Positions 11,338-21,687 of a DNA stretch of 64,000 nucleotides are shown piece by piece. Source of the stretch: an uncultured delta proteobacterium (GTDB lineage: Bacteria > Desulfobacterota > Binatia > Bin18); contig CAVTCR010000033.1 of assembly GCA_963733195.1 (NCBI GenBank), positions 32,001 to 96,000 on the forward strand, in the 5' to 3' direction. Each line of letters starts with the position of its first letter. Positions within the stretch are counted from its first letter, which is position 1. A program made the translations under genes and the position numbers. The notes under the pieces are model-generated. The model made no database searches and was not told the DNA's origin. It saw only the letters and a list, made by a program, of their open reading frames with translations.

Positions 11338-11376
11338 AGAAAGCACCGTGGGAATACACGCGAAAGGAACGCGCGA

Positions 11377-12114
11377 GTGAAGGCGCAAGTCGTGCGGAGG
11401 AAACGCAAGGCCACCTCGCAAGTTGCGGACGAGAAGCGTCTCCTCGAAGGGAAAGAACGCATCGCCGATGCTGCAGCAACCCTATTTCTGAGTGGTGGCT
11501 ACCACAGCACAAGCGTGCGTGAAATTGCTCAAAGGGCTGGGCTCAGTGTTGGTTCGGTATTCAATTATTTCACGAGTAAAGAAGAGATCCTCTTCTTTTT
11601 ATTCTCTCGCAATCAAGAGCGCACCGAAGCGACGTTACGAGATCAACAAGCGGAATTTGAGCGACTAAAAGCGGAGGGAGTAAATCCGAAGGATCTGCTC
11701 TGGCTTGCCTATCAGTCGTACGTACGCCTCATCGAAGAGCTGCGCCGCTATACCGTCCTTGGATACCAAGAAATGAAGTCATTAACCGCGGCGGAGCGAC
11801 GTCGCCTGCTCGAAGGAGAAGAGCGGATCCAGCACTTTTTGGAAGAAATTATTGCGTATGGTGTGGAACGAGGAGTTTTCCCGCCGGGAGATATCGATTT
11901 GAAAGCCCACAGCCTGATGGTCTTGTCACAGTCATGGGCGGTGCGACACTGGGCCTTGAAGCGCTTTACCAAAGTGGACGATTATTTGACGGCACTAAAG
12001 GCGATCGTGCTCGGAGTGGTGGAAAGTGAGACAGCCAAAGTGAATGGAATCATCACCTTGGTTGGAGAGACAAAGGGGGATGATTCGGTTCAATCACGGA
12101 GTACGTTAGTGTAG
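11377..12114 (+). CDS. TetR/AcrR family regulator
   Basis: IADAAATLF..GYHSTSVREIAQRAGLSVGSVFNYFTSKEEIL. Confidence 0.93.
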   Translation: MKAQVVRRKRKATSQVADEKRLLEGKERIADAAATLFLSGGYHSTSVREIAQRAGLSVGSVFNYFTSKEEILFFLFSRNQERTEATLRDQQAEFERLKAEGVNPKDLLWLAYQSYVRLIEELRRYTVLGYQEMKSLTAAERRRLLEGEERIQHFLEEIIAYGVERGVFPPGDIDLKAHSLMVLSQSWAVRHWALKRFTKVDDYLTALKAIVLGVVESETAKVNGIITLVGETKGDDSVQSRSTLV

Positions 12115-12124
12115 CTAAGCGATA

Positions 12125-12392
12125 CGCCCTTCGGTTTGTGCTCGACCGGATGATGTTCGTATACGAAGTAGAAACATATGGGAACACCTTTCCTGGTAGC
12201 GAATGACATCTGCGGCGAAAGCCTATAAGGCCTGGTCATGACACAGGATTAGTGAAGTGACACACCGTGGATGAACAATGTTTTGACGCTACCAGGTAGG
12301 CTGCTGCGCAGATAGAAAGTAAATGCGTAAGCGGCTCGGGGACCCCCGGGAAGAAGGAGGGGAGGGCTCTTGCGAGCCCTCCTTCCTGGGGT
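12125..12392 (+). ncRNA. Putative structured non-coding RNA or palindromic element, family not recognised
   Basis: Perfect 10-bp stem 12192-12201/12287-12296, GGC-GAAA-GCC tetraloop, and further hairpins whose G-U pairs favour the + strand. Confidence 0.45.
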
Positions 12393-12452
12393 GAAATAAA
12401 AAAAGTTGGCCCCTTGTTACCGTGTCCGGGGAAAAGCGAGCATTTCCTCTGA

Positions 12453-12467
12453 CGTCACATTGTGACG
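12453..12467. promoter_or_regulatory. Perfect palindrome, candidate operator upstream of the ThDP/CoA-transferase operon
   Basis: CGTCACA-T-TGTGACG, about 130 nt before ATG 12597. Confidence 0.45.
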
Positions 12468-12596
12468 CGGTATCGTACTGTCCTCGAATGACAACCGTGC
12501 TAGCTAGGAAGTAGAGCGGGTGGGAGTAAGTAGTGATCTTCTTTATGGCTGCTGCTACTCCTTCCTAAACATAACCGCAGCGCCGAGGAGGATACA

Positions 12597-14267
12597 ATGG
12601 CTCAGGTCGATGGTAGTCAGCTGATGGCCGAAGGGCTCAGGGAAGAAGGCGTCGATACTATCTTCTACATTATGGGGGGGCCGAATATTCTCCTATCGAT
12701 GCATGCCGAGCGCCTGGGGATCCGTCTGATTGACGTACGCCATGAACAGGCGGCAGCGATGATGGCGCATGCTTATTCACGGGTGACCGGTAAGGTCGGT
12801 GTGTGTATGGGAGCTGGAGGTCCTGGGGCAGCGAATCTCCTGACCGGCATGTCGAACGCGTTTCTTGATGCGTGCCCGGTTCTGGCATTAGGCGGCTCCT
12901 CAGCGGTGAATTATTACGATCTTGGTGATTTTCAGGAATTCGATCAGCTTGCCGTATTTAAGCCGATCTCAAAGTGGGCAGTGCGCATTTATGAAGCCCG
13001 GCGGGCGAAAGAATACGTACACATGGGAATGCTTAAGGCCCGCCAAGGCAAACCCGGACCTGTATACTTGGATATGCCTGGCAATATGCTGGTCGAGAAG
13101 GTTGATGAGCGTAAGGTATCGCCACGACCAACGATCAGCCGGAAATCGACTTTGACAGCGGACAGCCATTCCATCGAGAGGGCAGTCGACCTCCTCAAGG
13201 GTGCAAAGAAACCACTGCTTGTCACAGGAAGTGGTATCTTTTGGTCGAATGCTGGTAAGGCGATGCAAGAGTTTGTCGAAACAACTGGGATTCCCTTTTT
13301 TACTACCCCGCAAGGACGAGGCGTTGTTGCAGATGACCATCCCTTGTCGCTTCTCGGAGCACGTTCATTCGCTTTCAAAGAAGCCGACGTGGTGCTGGTG
13401 GTTGGTACACGGATCAACTTCATCATTGGCTATGGTCAGCCGCCGCGGTTTTCCCCTGAGGCAAAGTTCATCCAGGTGGATGTCGATTCAGAGGAAATCG
13501 GTCGTACTCGAAGCGTTGAACTCGGGATCGTCGGTGATGCGAAAGCGGTATTCGAGCAACTGACTCAAGTGGCGAAAGGTCGAGTACGTTTTGGTGAGGA
13601 CTCAGCCTGGGTACAACAGCTCGGCGCAAAAGATCGTGAAAATCGCGAAAAGATGGTTCCGCTTCTCAACTCTACACAGACTCCAGTGCATCCGATGCGG
13701 CTCTGTAAAGAGGTACGTGACTTCATGCCTCGCAACGGTATTCTCGCGGTTGACGGACATGAGATCATGAACATGTCTCGGCAAGTAATTCCGTCGTTTG
13801 TCCCTGGGGCGCGGCTGAATCCCGGTCCGAATGGTTGTATGGGGGTAGGATTACCGTTTGGTGTTGGAGCCAAAGCTGCAGCGCCGGACAAGATGGTTGT
13901 TGTACTACATGGTGACGGATCACTCGGTATGAACCTGATGGAACTCGATACCGCGGTACGTAACCAGTTGCCGGTGCTCGTGGTTGTGAGCAATAATGCC
14001 GGATGGACCGCGCGAGCAAACGGAATGCATGTGCCAGGGCGTGAACTTGGCCATGTTCGGTATGACCAAGTTGCGCTTGGGTTTGGTGCGTATGGTGAAC
14101 TTGTTGAAGATCCAAAGGCGATTCGGCCTGCGTTGGAACGCGCAGTGAAGGAGGTGGAAAAAGGAAAACCTGCGCTGCTCAATGTGATTACGGAACCGAC
14201 GGCGCGAGCGCAGACGGTTCCGTTTGCGAGTTATGGCGGTGAGTCGGCAGGAACGTCGCTGATGTAA
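12597..14267 (+). CDS. ThDP-dependent enzyme, oxalyl-CoA decarboxylase/2-hydroxyacyl-CoA lyase-like
   Basis: VRHEQAAAMMA, GCMGVGLPFG, GDGSLGMNLMELDT..SNNAGW. Confidence 0.85.
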   Translation: MAQVDGSQLMAEGLREEGVDTIFYIMGGPNILLSMHAERLGIRLIDVRHEQAAAMMAHAYSRVTGKVGVCMGAGGPGAANLLTGMSNAFLDACPVLALGGSSAVNYYDLGDFQEFDQLAVFKPISKWAVRIYEARRAKEYVHMGMLKARQGKPGPVYLDMPGNMLVEKVDERKVSPRPTISRKSTLTADSHSIERAVDLLKGAKKPLLVTGSGIFWSNAGKAMQEFVETTGIPFFTTPQGRGVVADDHPLSLLGARSFAFKEADVVLVVGTRINFIIGYGQPPRFSPEAKFIQVDVDSEEIGRTRSVELGIVGDAKAVFEQLTQVAKGRVRFGEDSAWVQQLGAKDRENREKMVPLLNSTQTPVHPMRLCKEVRDFMPRNGILAVDGHEIMNMSRQVIPSFVPGARLNPGPNGCMGVGLPFGVGAKAAAPDKMVVVLHGDGSLGMNLMELDTAVRNQLPVLVVVSNNAGWTARANGMHVPGRELGHVRYDQVALGFGAYGELVEDPKAIRPALERAVKEVEKGKPALLNVITEPTARAQTVPFASYGGESAGTSLM

Positions 14268-14335
14268 GGTATAGGGAACAGGGAAGAGCAGGAAACAAAG
14301 AGTTTCTTCCTGTTCTATCCCTAAGAGGGAGCGCT

Positions 14336-15583
14336 ATGCAGGGATTTCTCTTCGACGTAAAGGTCCTCGAGCTCGCAGACGAGAAAGGCGAATTCCTCGG
14401 AAAGTTGTTGGCGGGAGCTGGGGCTGATGTTCTGAAAGTCGAGCCGCCGGAGGGGAATTCCACTCGTACTCTTGGTCCATTCTACCACGATGAATCTCAC
14501 CCAGATCGCAGTCTGTATTTTTGGCATTATAATTTTGGCAAACGGGGCGTGTCTCTCGATATTCATTCCCCCGAAGGCACGGCGATCCTTAAAAAACTCA
14601 TCGCGCAATGCGATGTGTTGGTTGATTCGCTTCCGCTCGATACGCTCAAAAAACTTGGCCTGGATTGGCAGGCTCTGCAACAACTCAACTCTCGGCTGAT
14701 TTATGTGGTGCTGACTCCTTTCGGACGCAGTGGTCCATGGCGCGATTACAAAGCGACGGACCTCGTTCATCTTGCATTGGGCGGACAGATGATGTGCTGT
14801 GGCTACAGCCCGCAAGAAGATGGGAAATATGATACCCCACCGATCGCGCCACAGATGTGGCACGCGTACCATATCGCTGGGAACCAAGCCTTTATCGCAA
14901 CAGTTGGAGCGCTTATCGGTCGTGAATCGACAGGGCAGGGTGAGATGATTGATGTGCCGATTCACCAGGCGGTGAGTGTCTGTACAGAAATCGATGTTCC
15001 CAATTGGATCTATAACCAAACTGCTTGTTATCGACAAACCGGGCGACACGCACAACCTGTTATTGGGCCAGAAGTGCAGTTCCCAACTAAAGACGACCGC
15101 TACTCAATCATTTTGCCTAATCCGTTTCCTGGTGGATACGAAACGATCGTGAGTTTTCTTGACGGCAAAGGGAAAGCCGGAGACCTCACTGACAAGAAGT
15201 ATGACGATCCCAATAACCGTAAAGGTCTCGCGTTTGCCAAACACTTCGCGGACGTGCAAGCTGAATGTGTTACCGCGTTTGGCATGGAAGAGATCTGGCG
15301 CGAAGGTCAGAACCTCGGGATTCCATGGTCGCCAATCCGTAAACCTGAGGAAAACTTGAGTGATGAACAATGGCAGATGCGGGCGACGTTCACTGAAGTT
15401 GAACATCCAGAACTGGGTGAGCGTTTTTCCTACGTTGGTGCGCCGATGCTGCCGCAGGAAGTGTCCTGGCGCACTGGACCGCGCGCACCGCTCGTCGGAG
15501 AACACAACGAGGATGTCTTTTGTGGGAGATTGGGGATGAGTCAAGATGAGATCGTTGCACTGAAAGAGCGCGGAATTGTATAA
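14336..15583 (+). CDS. Family III (CaiB/BaiF) CoA-transferase, probable non-catalytic subunit
   Basis: GADVLKVEPPEG, NFGKRGVSLD, TPFGRSGP, RAPLVGEHNE; no Asp at the catalytic position (WHAYHIAG). Confidence 0.88.
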   Translation: MQGFLFDVKVLELADEKGEFLGKLLAGAGADVLKVEPPEGNSTRTLGPFYHDESHPDRSLYFWHYNFGKRGVSLDIHSPEGTAILKKLIAQCDVLVDSLPLDTLKKLGLDWQALQQLNSRLIYVVLTPFGRSGPWRDYKATDLVHLALGGQMMCCGYSPQEDGKYDTPPIAPQMWHAYHIAGNQAFIATVGALIGRESTGQGEMIDVPIHQAVSVCTEIDVPNWIYNQTACYRQTGRHAQPVIGPEVQFPTKDDRYSIILPNPFPGGYETIVSFLDGKGKAGDLTDKKYDDPNNRKGLAFAKHFADVQAECVTAFGMEEIWREGQNLGIPWSPIRKPEENLSDEQWQMRATFTEVEHPELGERFSYVGAPMLPQEVSWRTGPRAPLVGEHNEDVFCGRLGMSQDEIVALKERGIV

Positions 15584-15614
15584 GGGCGAAATGGGTAAAG
15601 GATAAAGGATAAAA

Positions 15615-16911
15615 ATGGGACATCGACCATTAGAAGGTGTGCGGGTTGCTGATCTGACGTGGCTGCTCGCTGGTGCTGGCGGGCCGCGATTACTTGCTAG
15701 TCTTGGCGCTGAGATTATCCGCATCGAATGGAAAGATCGCCTTGATTTCCTCCGCTATATGCCGCCGTTTGCACCGTCCAAAGGCGAGCAGGCAGAAAAA
15801 GCCGGCGCGCTAGAGATGACTGGTCTCAGCAAAGACAGCGCGAAAAGCGTGAATCGGGCTGGCTTTTTTAACGACGTTAACGCAGGGAAACGTGGCATCA
15901 GTCTGAACATGGGGCATCCCAAAGGCCGCGAACTGTTCAAGCGACTGGTGGGGATTAGTGATGTCGTAGTCGAGGCCTTCACTGCAGAAACCATGCGCAA
16001 ATGGGGCTTGGGCTACGAAGAACTCAAAGCGATTAAGAACGATATCATTTACATCCAACAACCAGGTTGGGGGTACAAAGGTCCGTATGTCAAATTCGTT
16101 TCCTACGGCCCGATCGCACAAGCTGCGAGTGGCTTGACTGAACAGTCTGGACTGCCATGCTCCCCACCCACCTGCGGGTTGGGGATTTTCGTACATGGAT
16201 TGGAGCGGGGCATATTACTGTGCGATCTCTATGCTCTGTGCAATCTATTACAAGAAACGTACTGGCAAAGGGCAGTACATTGATTGCTCGCAGGTTGAAC
16301 CGGGAATCTATATGACTGGGACGGCGGTGCTCGATTCGCTGATCAATGGACGCTCTTGGCAGCGGACTGGTAATCGCTCTCCATACAAGGCTGCTGCACC
16401 GCATGGCGCGTATCGCTGCACTGGTGATGACCGCTGGATTGCAATTGCGGTCACAAATGACGCTGAGTGGACGGCCTTAGTGCAAACGATGGGTAATCCG
16501 GTCTGGAGTCAGCAAGAGCAATTTCGCTCTCTCACTGCGCGTTTGCTGCATCAAGACGAACTTGATCAATTCGTGAGCGAGTGGACGAAAGATCAAGAGC
16601 CATTTGCCCTGCAGGAGCGGCTACAGAAAGCCGGAGTTCCGGCTGGTGTATGCCAGACCGCACAAGATCGTATTGAACGAGATCCTCAACTCCAGCATCT
16701 GAAATGGTTGATCCCTCTTCGCCACACAGAAATTGGCGAGTGGCCAATCAAGGATGTTCCGTTCCACTTCACTAATGGAATTGTAAACCAAGGTGGACCG
16801 ACGGAACGCGCGGCACCATGTTATGGGGAAGATAGTGATTATGTGTATGACGAGTTGTTGAAGTTAACCAAACAAGAGAAGGCGGAGTTGGAGAAAGAAG
16901 GTGTCATTTAG
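15615..16911 (+). CDS. Family III CoA-transferase, catalytic subunit (one frameshift near 16158)
   Basis: PLEGVRVADLT, NAGKRGISLNM; removing one base at ~16158 joins the two ORFs through PAGWGFSYMDWSGA. Confidence 0.88.
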
Positions 16912-16990
16912 GAGTCATGGGATCAGGGATTGGGGGCTGGGAAAAGGTAATGAGAATACCTAACTCCCAACCCCTGACTCCCGATCCCTG
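16911..16990. repeat. Inverted pair of heptamer arrays (STRR-like)
   Basis: GATCAGG GATTGGG GGCTGGG ... CCTAACT CCCAACC CCTGACT CCCGATC. Confidence 0.85.
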
Positions 16991-17012
16991 TAGCGCAGAA
17001 AGGAGGTCAGTA

Positions 17013-18695
17013 ATGTCTTACGATCTACTTATTAAGAATGGGACGGTTGTTGATGGTACCGGCGCGCCACAGTATCGGGCGGACGTCGCTGTTGCCAACG
17101 GGAGGATTGCTGAGATCGGTAAAATCACCGAAGGAGCGAAAAAGACTCTTGATGCCTCGGACCTTATTGTCGCACCAGGATTTATTGATCCGCATACACA
17201 TTATGATGCACAGATTTGCTGGGATCCGCTTATTACCTCGTCTTCCTGGCATGGCGTGACGAGTCTCGTCATGGGAAACTGTGGCGTCGGGATCGCACCA
17301 TGTAAACCAGAAGCGCGCGAAATCGCCGCGTGGGATCTCGTCAATGTCGAAGCTATTCCCTTTGACGTGCTAACCAAGGGCATAACCTGGGATTGGGTGA
17401 CGTTCCCTGAGTACATGGATGCGGCGCAGAAGCGCGGCAGCGGCATCAACGTTGGGTTTATGGCCCCGCTGACCCCATTCCGTCACTTTGTGATGGGCGA
17501 GGAGTCGATGGACCGCCCGGCGACGTCGCAAGAAACCGCGCAGATCAAGGCGTTGATCAAAGAAGCCGTGGCGGCGGGAGCGTTCGGCTTCACCACGACT
17601 AATGTTGCGCAGCATATTGGCTACAAAGGCCGTCCGATTGCCTGCCGGCAGGCGGACCACAATGAGTTCAAAGCCTACGCCAATGCGCTCAAGGAATTGG
17701 GCAAAGGCTGCATGGAACTGGCGCTGACGAACGACGTCGGGGCTATCGATGAGCAAGAGTACGCGTTATTAGACTTGCTGCTAACCGAAAGCGGCCGCCC
17801 GGTCACGTGGCTGGCGCTGCTCGATCGTGATGATAGACCTGGATCTTGGAAGAAGACGCTTGAGGCGACTGACGCCCTATGCAAGAAAGGAGCGGTGCCG
17901 CAAGTGAGCTGTCGACCGCTCATTATCCAGATCGATTTGCGCGTGCCTTTCATTTTCGCGAACCTGCCGTGTTGGAAACCCGCCTTCCAGCGTCCAGTGG
18001 AGGAACAGAAACAATTCTACCGTGATGCAAGCTTCCGCGCGGGCTTCCGCAAAGAGATGGAGGCGCCCAAGGTGTTCGGCGGCAAATGGGAACGGTGCGT
18101 CGTGCATGAAGTAGGAAACCCGGCGATGAAATCGTTGATCGGGAAGTCCGTGGCGCAGATCGCCAAAGAGCGTGGCAAGGATGGCCTCGACACCTTCCTG
18201 GATCTGGCGATCGAGGATGATCTGCAACTCCTGTACACCTATGAATTGTTCAACGCGAAGGAAGAGAATATCCCGGAGCTGATCCTCGAGCCACGCGTGA
18301 TGATCGGCCTCTCGGACGGCGGCGCCCACTGCGATATGCTGTGCGACGTCGGGTACTGCACGTATCTGTTGGGGACCTGGGTGCGCGACAAAGGTGTTCT
18401 TACCTTAGAGCATGCTATCAAACGCATTACCTCTGAGCCTGCGGCGTTCTTCGGTATTACCCAACGCGGCATGATCAAGAAAGGCTTAGCTGCTGACTTT
18501 GCCATCTTTGACTTCAACACGGTGGGTTCGAAGAAGCGTGGCGATATGGTTAATGACCTGCCGGGCGGCGGCAAACGGCTCATCATGCCTGCACAAGGCG
18601 TGCAATACACTGTCGTGAACGGTTCGGTGCTGTATGACGGCGGCAAACACACTGGCGCGATGCCTGGACAAGTGCTGCGTTCAGGGCAAGCGTAG
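17013..18695 (+). CDS. N-acyl-D-amino-acid deacylase-like amidohydrolase (paralogue of 9500-11182)
   Basis: APGFIDPHTHYDAQ, GNCGVG, SDGGAH; RBS AGGAGG before ATG 17013. Confidence 0.92.
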   Translation: MSYDLLIKNGTVVDGTGAPQYRADVAVANGRIAEIGKITEGAKKTLDASDLIVAPGFIDPHTHYDAQICWDPLITSSSWHGVTSLVMGNCGVGIAPCKPEAREIAAWDLVNVEAIPFDVLTKGITWDWVTFPEYMDAAQKRGSGINVGFMAPLTPFRHFVMGEESMDRPATSQETAQIKALIKEAVAAGAFGFTTTNVAQHIGYKGRPIACRQADHNEFKAYANALKELGKGCMELALTNDVGAIDEQEYALLDLLLTESGRPVTWLALLDRDDRPGSWKKTLEATDALCKKGAVPQVSCRPLIIQIDLRVPFIFANLPCWKPAFQRPVEEQKQFYRDASFRAGFRKEMEAPKVFGGKWERCVVHEVGNPAMKSLIGKSVAQIAKERGKDGLDTFLDLAIEDDLQLLYTYELFNAKEENIPELILEPRVMIGLSDGGAHCDMLCDVGYCTYLLGTWVRDKGVLTLEHAIKRITSEPAAFFGITQRGMIKKGLAADFAIFDFNTVGSKKRGDMVNDLPGGGKRLIMPAQGVQYTVVNGSVLYDGGKHTGAMPGQVLRSGQA

Positions 18696-18815
18696 GAAAT
18701 CCAGTAGTCAGTATTCAGGTAAGCCAGTAAGTTCTAGGGTAGGCAGCTCCCGATTGTCTGTTGCCACAGCCTCTAACAGTTTCTAGGCTGAAGGTCTCAA
18801 AAGGAGGACCTGACC

Positions 18816-19262
18816 ATGCTACAGAAACTTTTTCACGTCAACGTCTGTGTACGTGATATGGAGCGGTCGATTCGCTTCTATCAAGATCTTGGATTCACCA
18901 AGGTCAACGATTTTACCCTCGATGATCCGAGCGTGGGTGATGCGCTTGGGATAAAGGCAAAGAAACTGCGCGGTGTATTCATGCGCTTAGGAAATGATGC
19001 CAATGCGCCAGTGCTTGATCTCGTGCAGTTCATCGATCCACCGACCCAAGGCCAGCCGTATCCGACCCTGAATAACGTTGGCATCTGCCGTATTGCTTTC
19101 ACGGTTGACGACATCGACAAAACCTACGAACAGCTCAAGGCGCTGAAGGTTGATTTTGTTGCTCCGCTCAAGAAGATCAACGGGCCAAATGGTAACCAGA
19201 TTGGTGTGGTCTGTTTCAAAGACCCGGATGGGACGATTCTTGAGTTGATTAGTGGGATGTAA
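18816..19262 (+). CDS. VOC/glyoxalase family protein
   Basis: HVNVCVRDMERSIRFY ... FKDPDGTILEL. Confidence 0.9.
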   Translation: MLQKLFHVNVCVRDMERSIRFYQDLGFTKVNDFTLDDPSVGDALGIKAKKLRGVFMRLGNDANAPVLDLVQFIDPPTQGQPYPTLNNVGICRIAFTVDDIDKTYEQLKALKVDFVAPLKKINGPNGNQIGVVCFKDPDGTILELISGM

Positions 19263-19310
19263 GTCAGGCTATTGGGGAAGAGGAGAAATGGAGAAGAGGA
19301 AAGGAACGGC

Positions 19311-20392
19311 ATGAAATTCGGGATTTTTTACGAGATCACAGTGCCACGCAAATGGGGTCGTGAGGCTGAAGCGAAGACCTTCCATGAAGTCGTCGAACAG
19401 GTTGTACTGGCTGAACAAGTGGGTTTCGACAACTTCTGGACTGTCGAGCATCACTTCTTGGATGAGTTTTCCCACTGTTCAGCACCAGAAGTGTTGTATG
19501 GAGTCATTGCTGCCAAGACGAAGCGCATTCGTATCGGCCATGGTGTGAGACTGTTGCCGTTCCCCTACAACCATCCTGTACGCGTAGCCGAGTCAGCAGC
19601 AACGCTCGATATTCTCTCCAATGGCCGTCTAGAGTTTGGCACTGGTCGATCGGCAACAATGACCGAACTCGGCGGCTTCGGCATCAATCCAGCCGATACG
19701 CGTGGCATGTGGGAGGAATCACTCTCCATTCTTCCGCGGATGTGGAAAGAAGATCCGTTTCGCGGCCATGAAGGAAAGTACTTCAAAATTCCACAACGTA
19801 ACGTGGTGCCGAAGCCGATTCAAACTCCTCACCCGCCGTTATGGATGGCGTGTTCAAGTCCCGAGAGTCACGAGCTTGCCGGGAAAAAGGGGCTGGGCTC
19901 TTGTCTTTTACGCTCGCACTGCATCTGCAAGAAGTTGGCAGACGCGTGCAGTTGTACAAAAATGCTATTGCCAACGCCAAGCCAGTCGGTGACTTCGCGA
20001 ACAACCAAGCAGCGGTGTTTTCGCTAGTGCACTGTTCGCGCACGAACAAGGAAGCACGGGAAGAAGCCGAAGAAGGAGTGCTGTGGTACAACCACAAATC
20101 GTTTGAACAGCTCGGGCAATCGGTCGATGCCTTTGTGCAGCAGGGCTCTGGCTACGAGTATTACGACAAGTTTAATAAAGCCCGACCAGACAAATTTACC
20201 TTTGATTATGTTGATAAACACAGCATGGTGATTGTCGGTGATCCTGCCTATTGCATTGAGAAGGTCCAGCAATACAAAGATATCGGTGTTGAGCAGTTGC
20301 TCTGTTTGATGCAGAACTACGGCATCCCGCACGAGAAGACGATGCAGTCGATCCGTTTGTGGGGCGAGAAAGTAATTCCGCATTTTAAGTAG
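19311..20392 (+). CDS. LLM-class flavin-dependent oxidoreductase (frameshift near 19895)
   Basis: MKFGIFYE, GFDNFWTVEHHF, LDILSNGRLEFGTGRS; continues in a second frame to SIRLWGEKVIPHFK; one G missing in a G run. Confidence 0.88.
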
Positions 20393-20423
20393 TTATCAGT
20401 CGTCAGTTGTCAGTAAAGAAGAA

Positions 20424-20444
20424 GTAGGGTGGGCACTGCCCACC
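20424..20444 (+). repeat. GTAG-type REP palindrome
   Basis: GTAGGGTGGGCACTGCCCACC; near-identical inverted copy at 32934-32954. Confidence 0.8.
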
Positions 20445-20471
20445 TTTTCTCGACATGGGAGGAAATATTAG

Positions 20472-21552
20472 ATGGCGACAGATTCGTCCGATCGATCCCG
20501 CAAAAGTGAAAGCCAGTGGAGAGCGAATTTTCGGGTATCTGAAAGGGATGGGCGTTTCAGCGATGATTTACCTTGGCGATACGCTGGGACTCTATCGGGC
20601 TATGCAGAACGCTGGACCGTTGACGAGTGAAGAATTGGCGCAGAAAGCGGGATTGCACGAGCGGTGGGTGCGAGAGTGGCTGCGAGGCCAGGCCGCGGCT
20701 GGAGTCTTAGATTATGTAGGAGGCGAGCGCTTCGAGTTATCTGTAGAGACAGGAATGTTTTTGGCTGATCCGGATAGTCCGAAGCTGGCGGTAGGAATTT
20801 TTAGTGATCTGCCGCAACGGATGGCGGTAGTTGAACGCCTCCCGGAATCATTCAAGACTGGCATAGGGCTAAAATATGATGCGCGCGGGCCTGAGGGGGC
20901 AGTCGGCATCGAGCGCGTGTTTGGTAATTGGTACCGTTTTTCCCTCGTGCAGCAAGTGCTTCCGAAGCTAGAAGGAGTAACGGACAAGCTCCGCTCCGGG
21001 GCGACCGCGGCGGATATTGGCTGCGGGGCGGGGATGGCGCTCATTGTCATGGCAAAGGCGTTTCCACAATCTCAGTTCCACGGCTATGACATTTCTCAGC
21101 ATGCGCTAGCACGAGCCGAAACGAACAAGGCCAGTGCCGGAGTGAAAAACGTTACATATCATGATGCGGCGGTTGATCGTTTGCCAGCCGATAATAGTGT
21201 TGATTTTATTACGACCTTTGACTGTATCCATGACATGACGCACCCGATGGAAATGATTCACACCATCCGGAAGGCAATCAAGCCTGATGGTACGTGGTTT
21301 ATTGCTGATCCCAAGAGTGCACCAACCTTTGAGGAAAACTTAGCGAAGAACCCCATGACGGCCTTGATGTATGCATTCTCAGTCATGGGCTGTATGTCTT
21401 CGGCGTTGTCTGAACCGGGTGGGGCAGGGCTCGGTACTTTGGGGTTCAATGAGACAGTAGCGCGACGCATGACCGCGGAAGCTGGATTTACCCGTTTCAC
21501 TCGACATGACTTTGAAAATCCGCTGAATGCGTACTACGAAGTGCGACCATAG
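20472..21552 (+). CDS. Winged-helix plus class I SAM methyltransferase (Rv2258c-like)
   Basis: GLHERWVREWL, ADIGCGAG, FDCIHDM, NAYYEVRP. The RBS-supported ATG 20472 needs one extra base removed near 20487; the alternative start is 20455. Confidence 0.88.
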
Positions 21553-21687
21553 GAGGTATTGGTTAAGGCAGCATTTGTACAGCTCCTGTAAAGAGGAGAA
21601 CTTTGCTTGTCTGTTGAACATGGAAGGCAGGTTCCCTCTCCGAGTTCAATAAGCCGGAAATCTGTGCAGAAAGAAAGGTAGGCTATC

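Noticed and set aside
12342-12404. Long hairpin as an intrinsic terminator
   Set aside because: It is followed by an A-run on the + strand and lacks a 3' U-tract on either strand.
16917-17012. N-terminal extension of the amidohydrolase given in the ORF track
   Set aside because: It translates the heptamer hairpin; the RBS and the paralogue support ATG 17013.
19880-19900. Programmed frameshift at GGGAAAAAGGGG in the LLM gene
   Set aside because: The break maps to a short G run just downstream, and similar indels occur in unrelated genes, so error is more likely.
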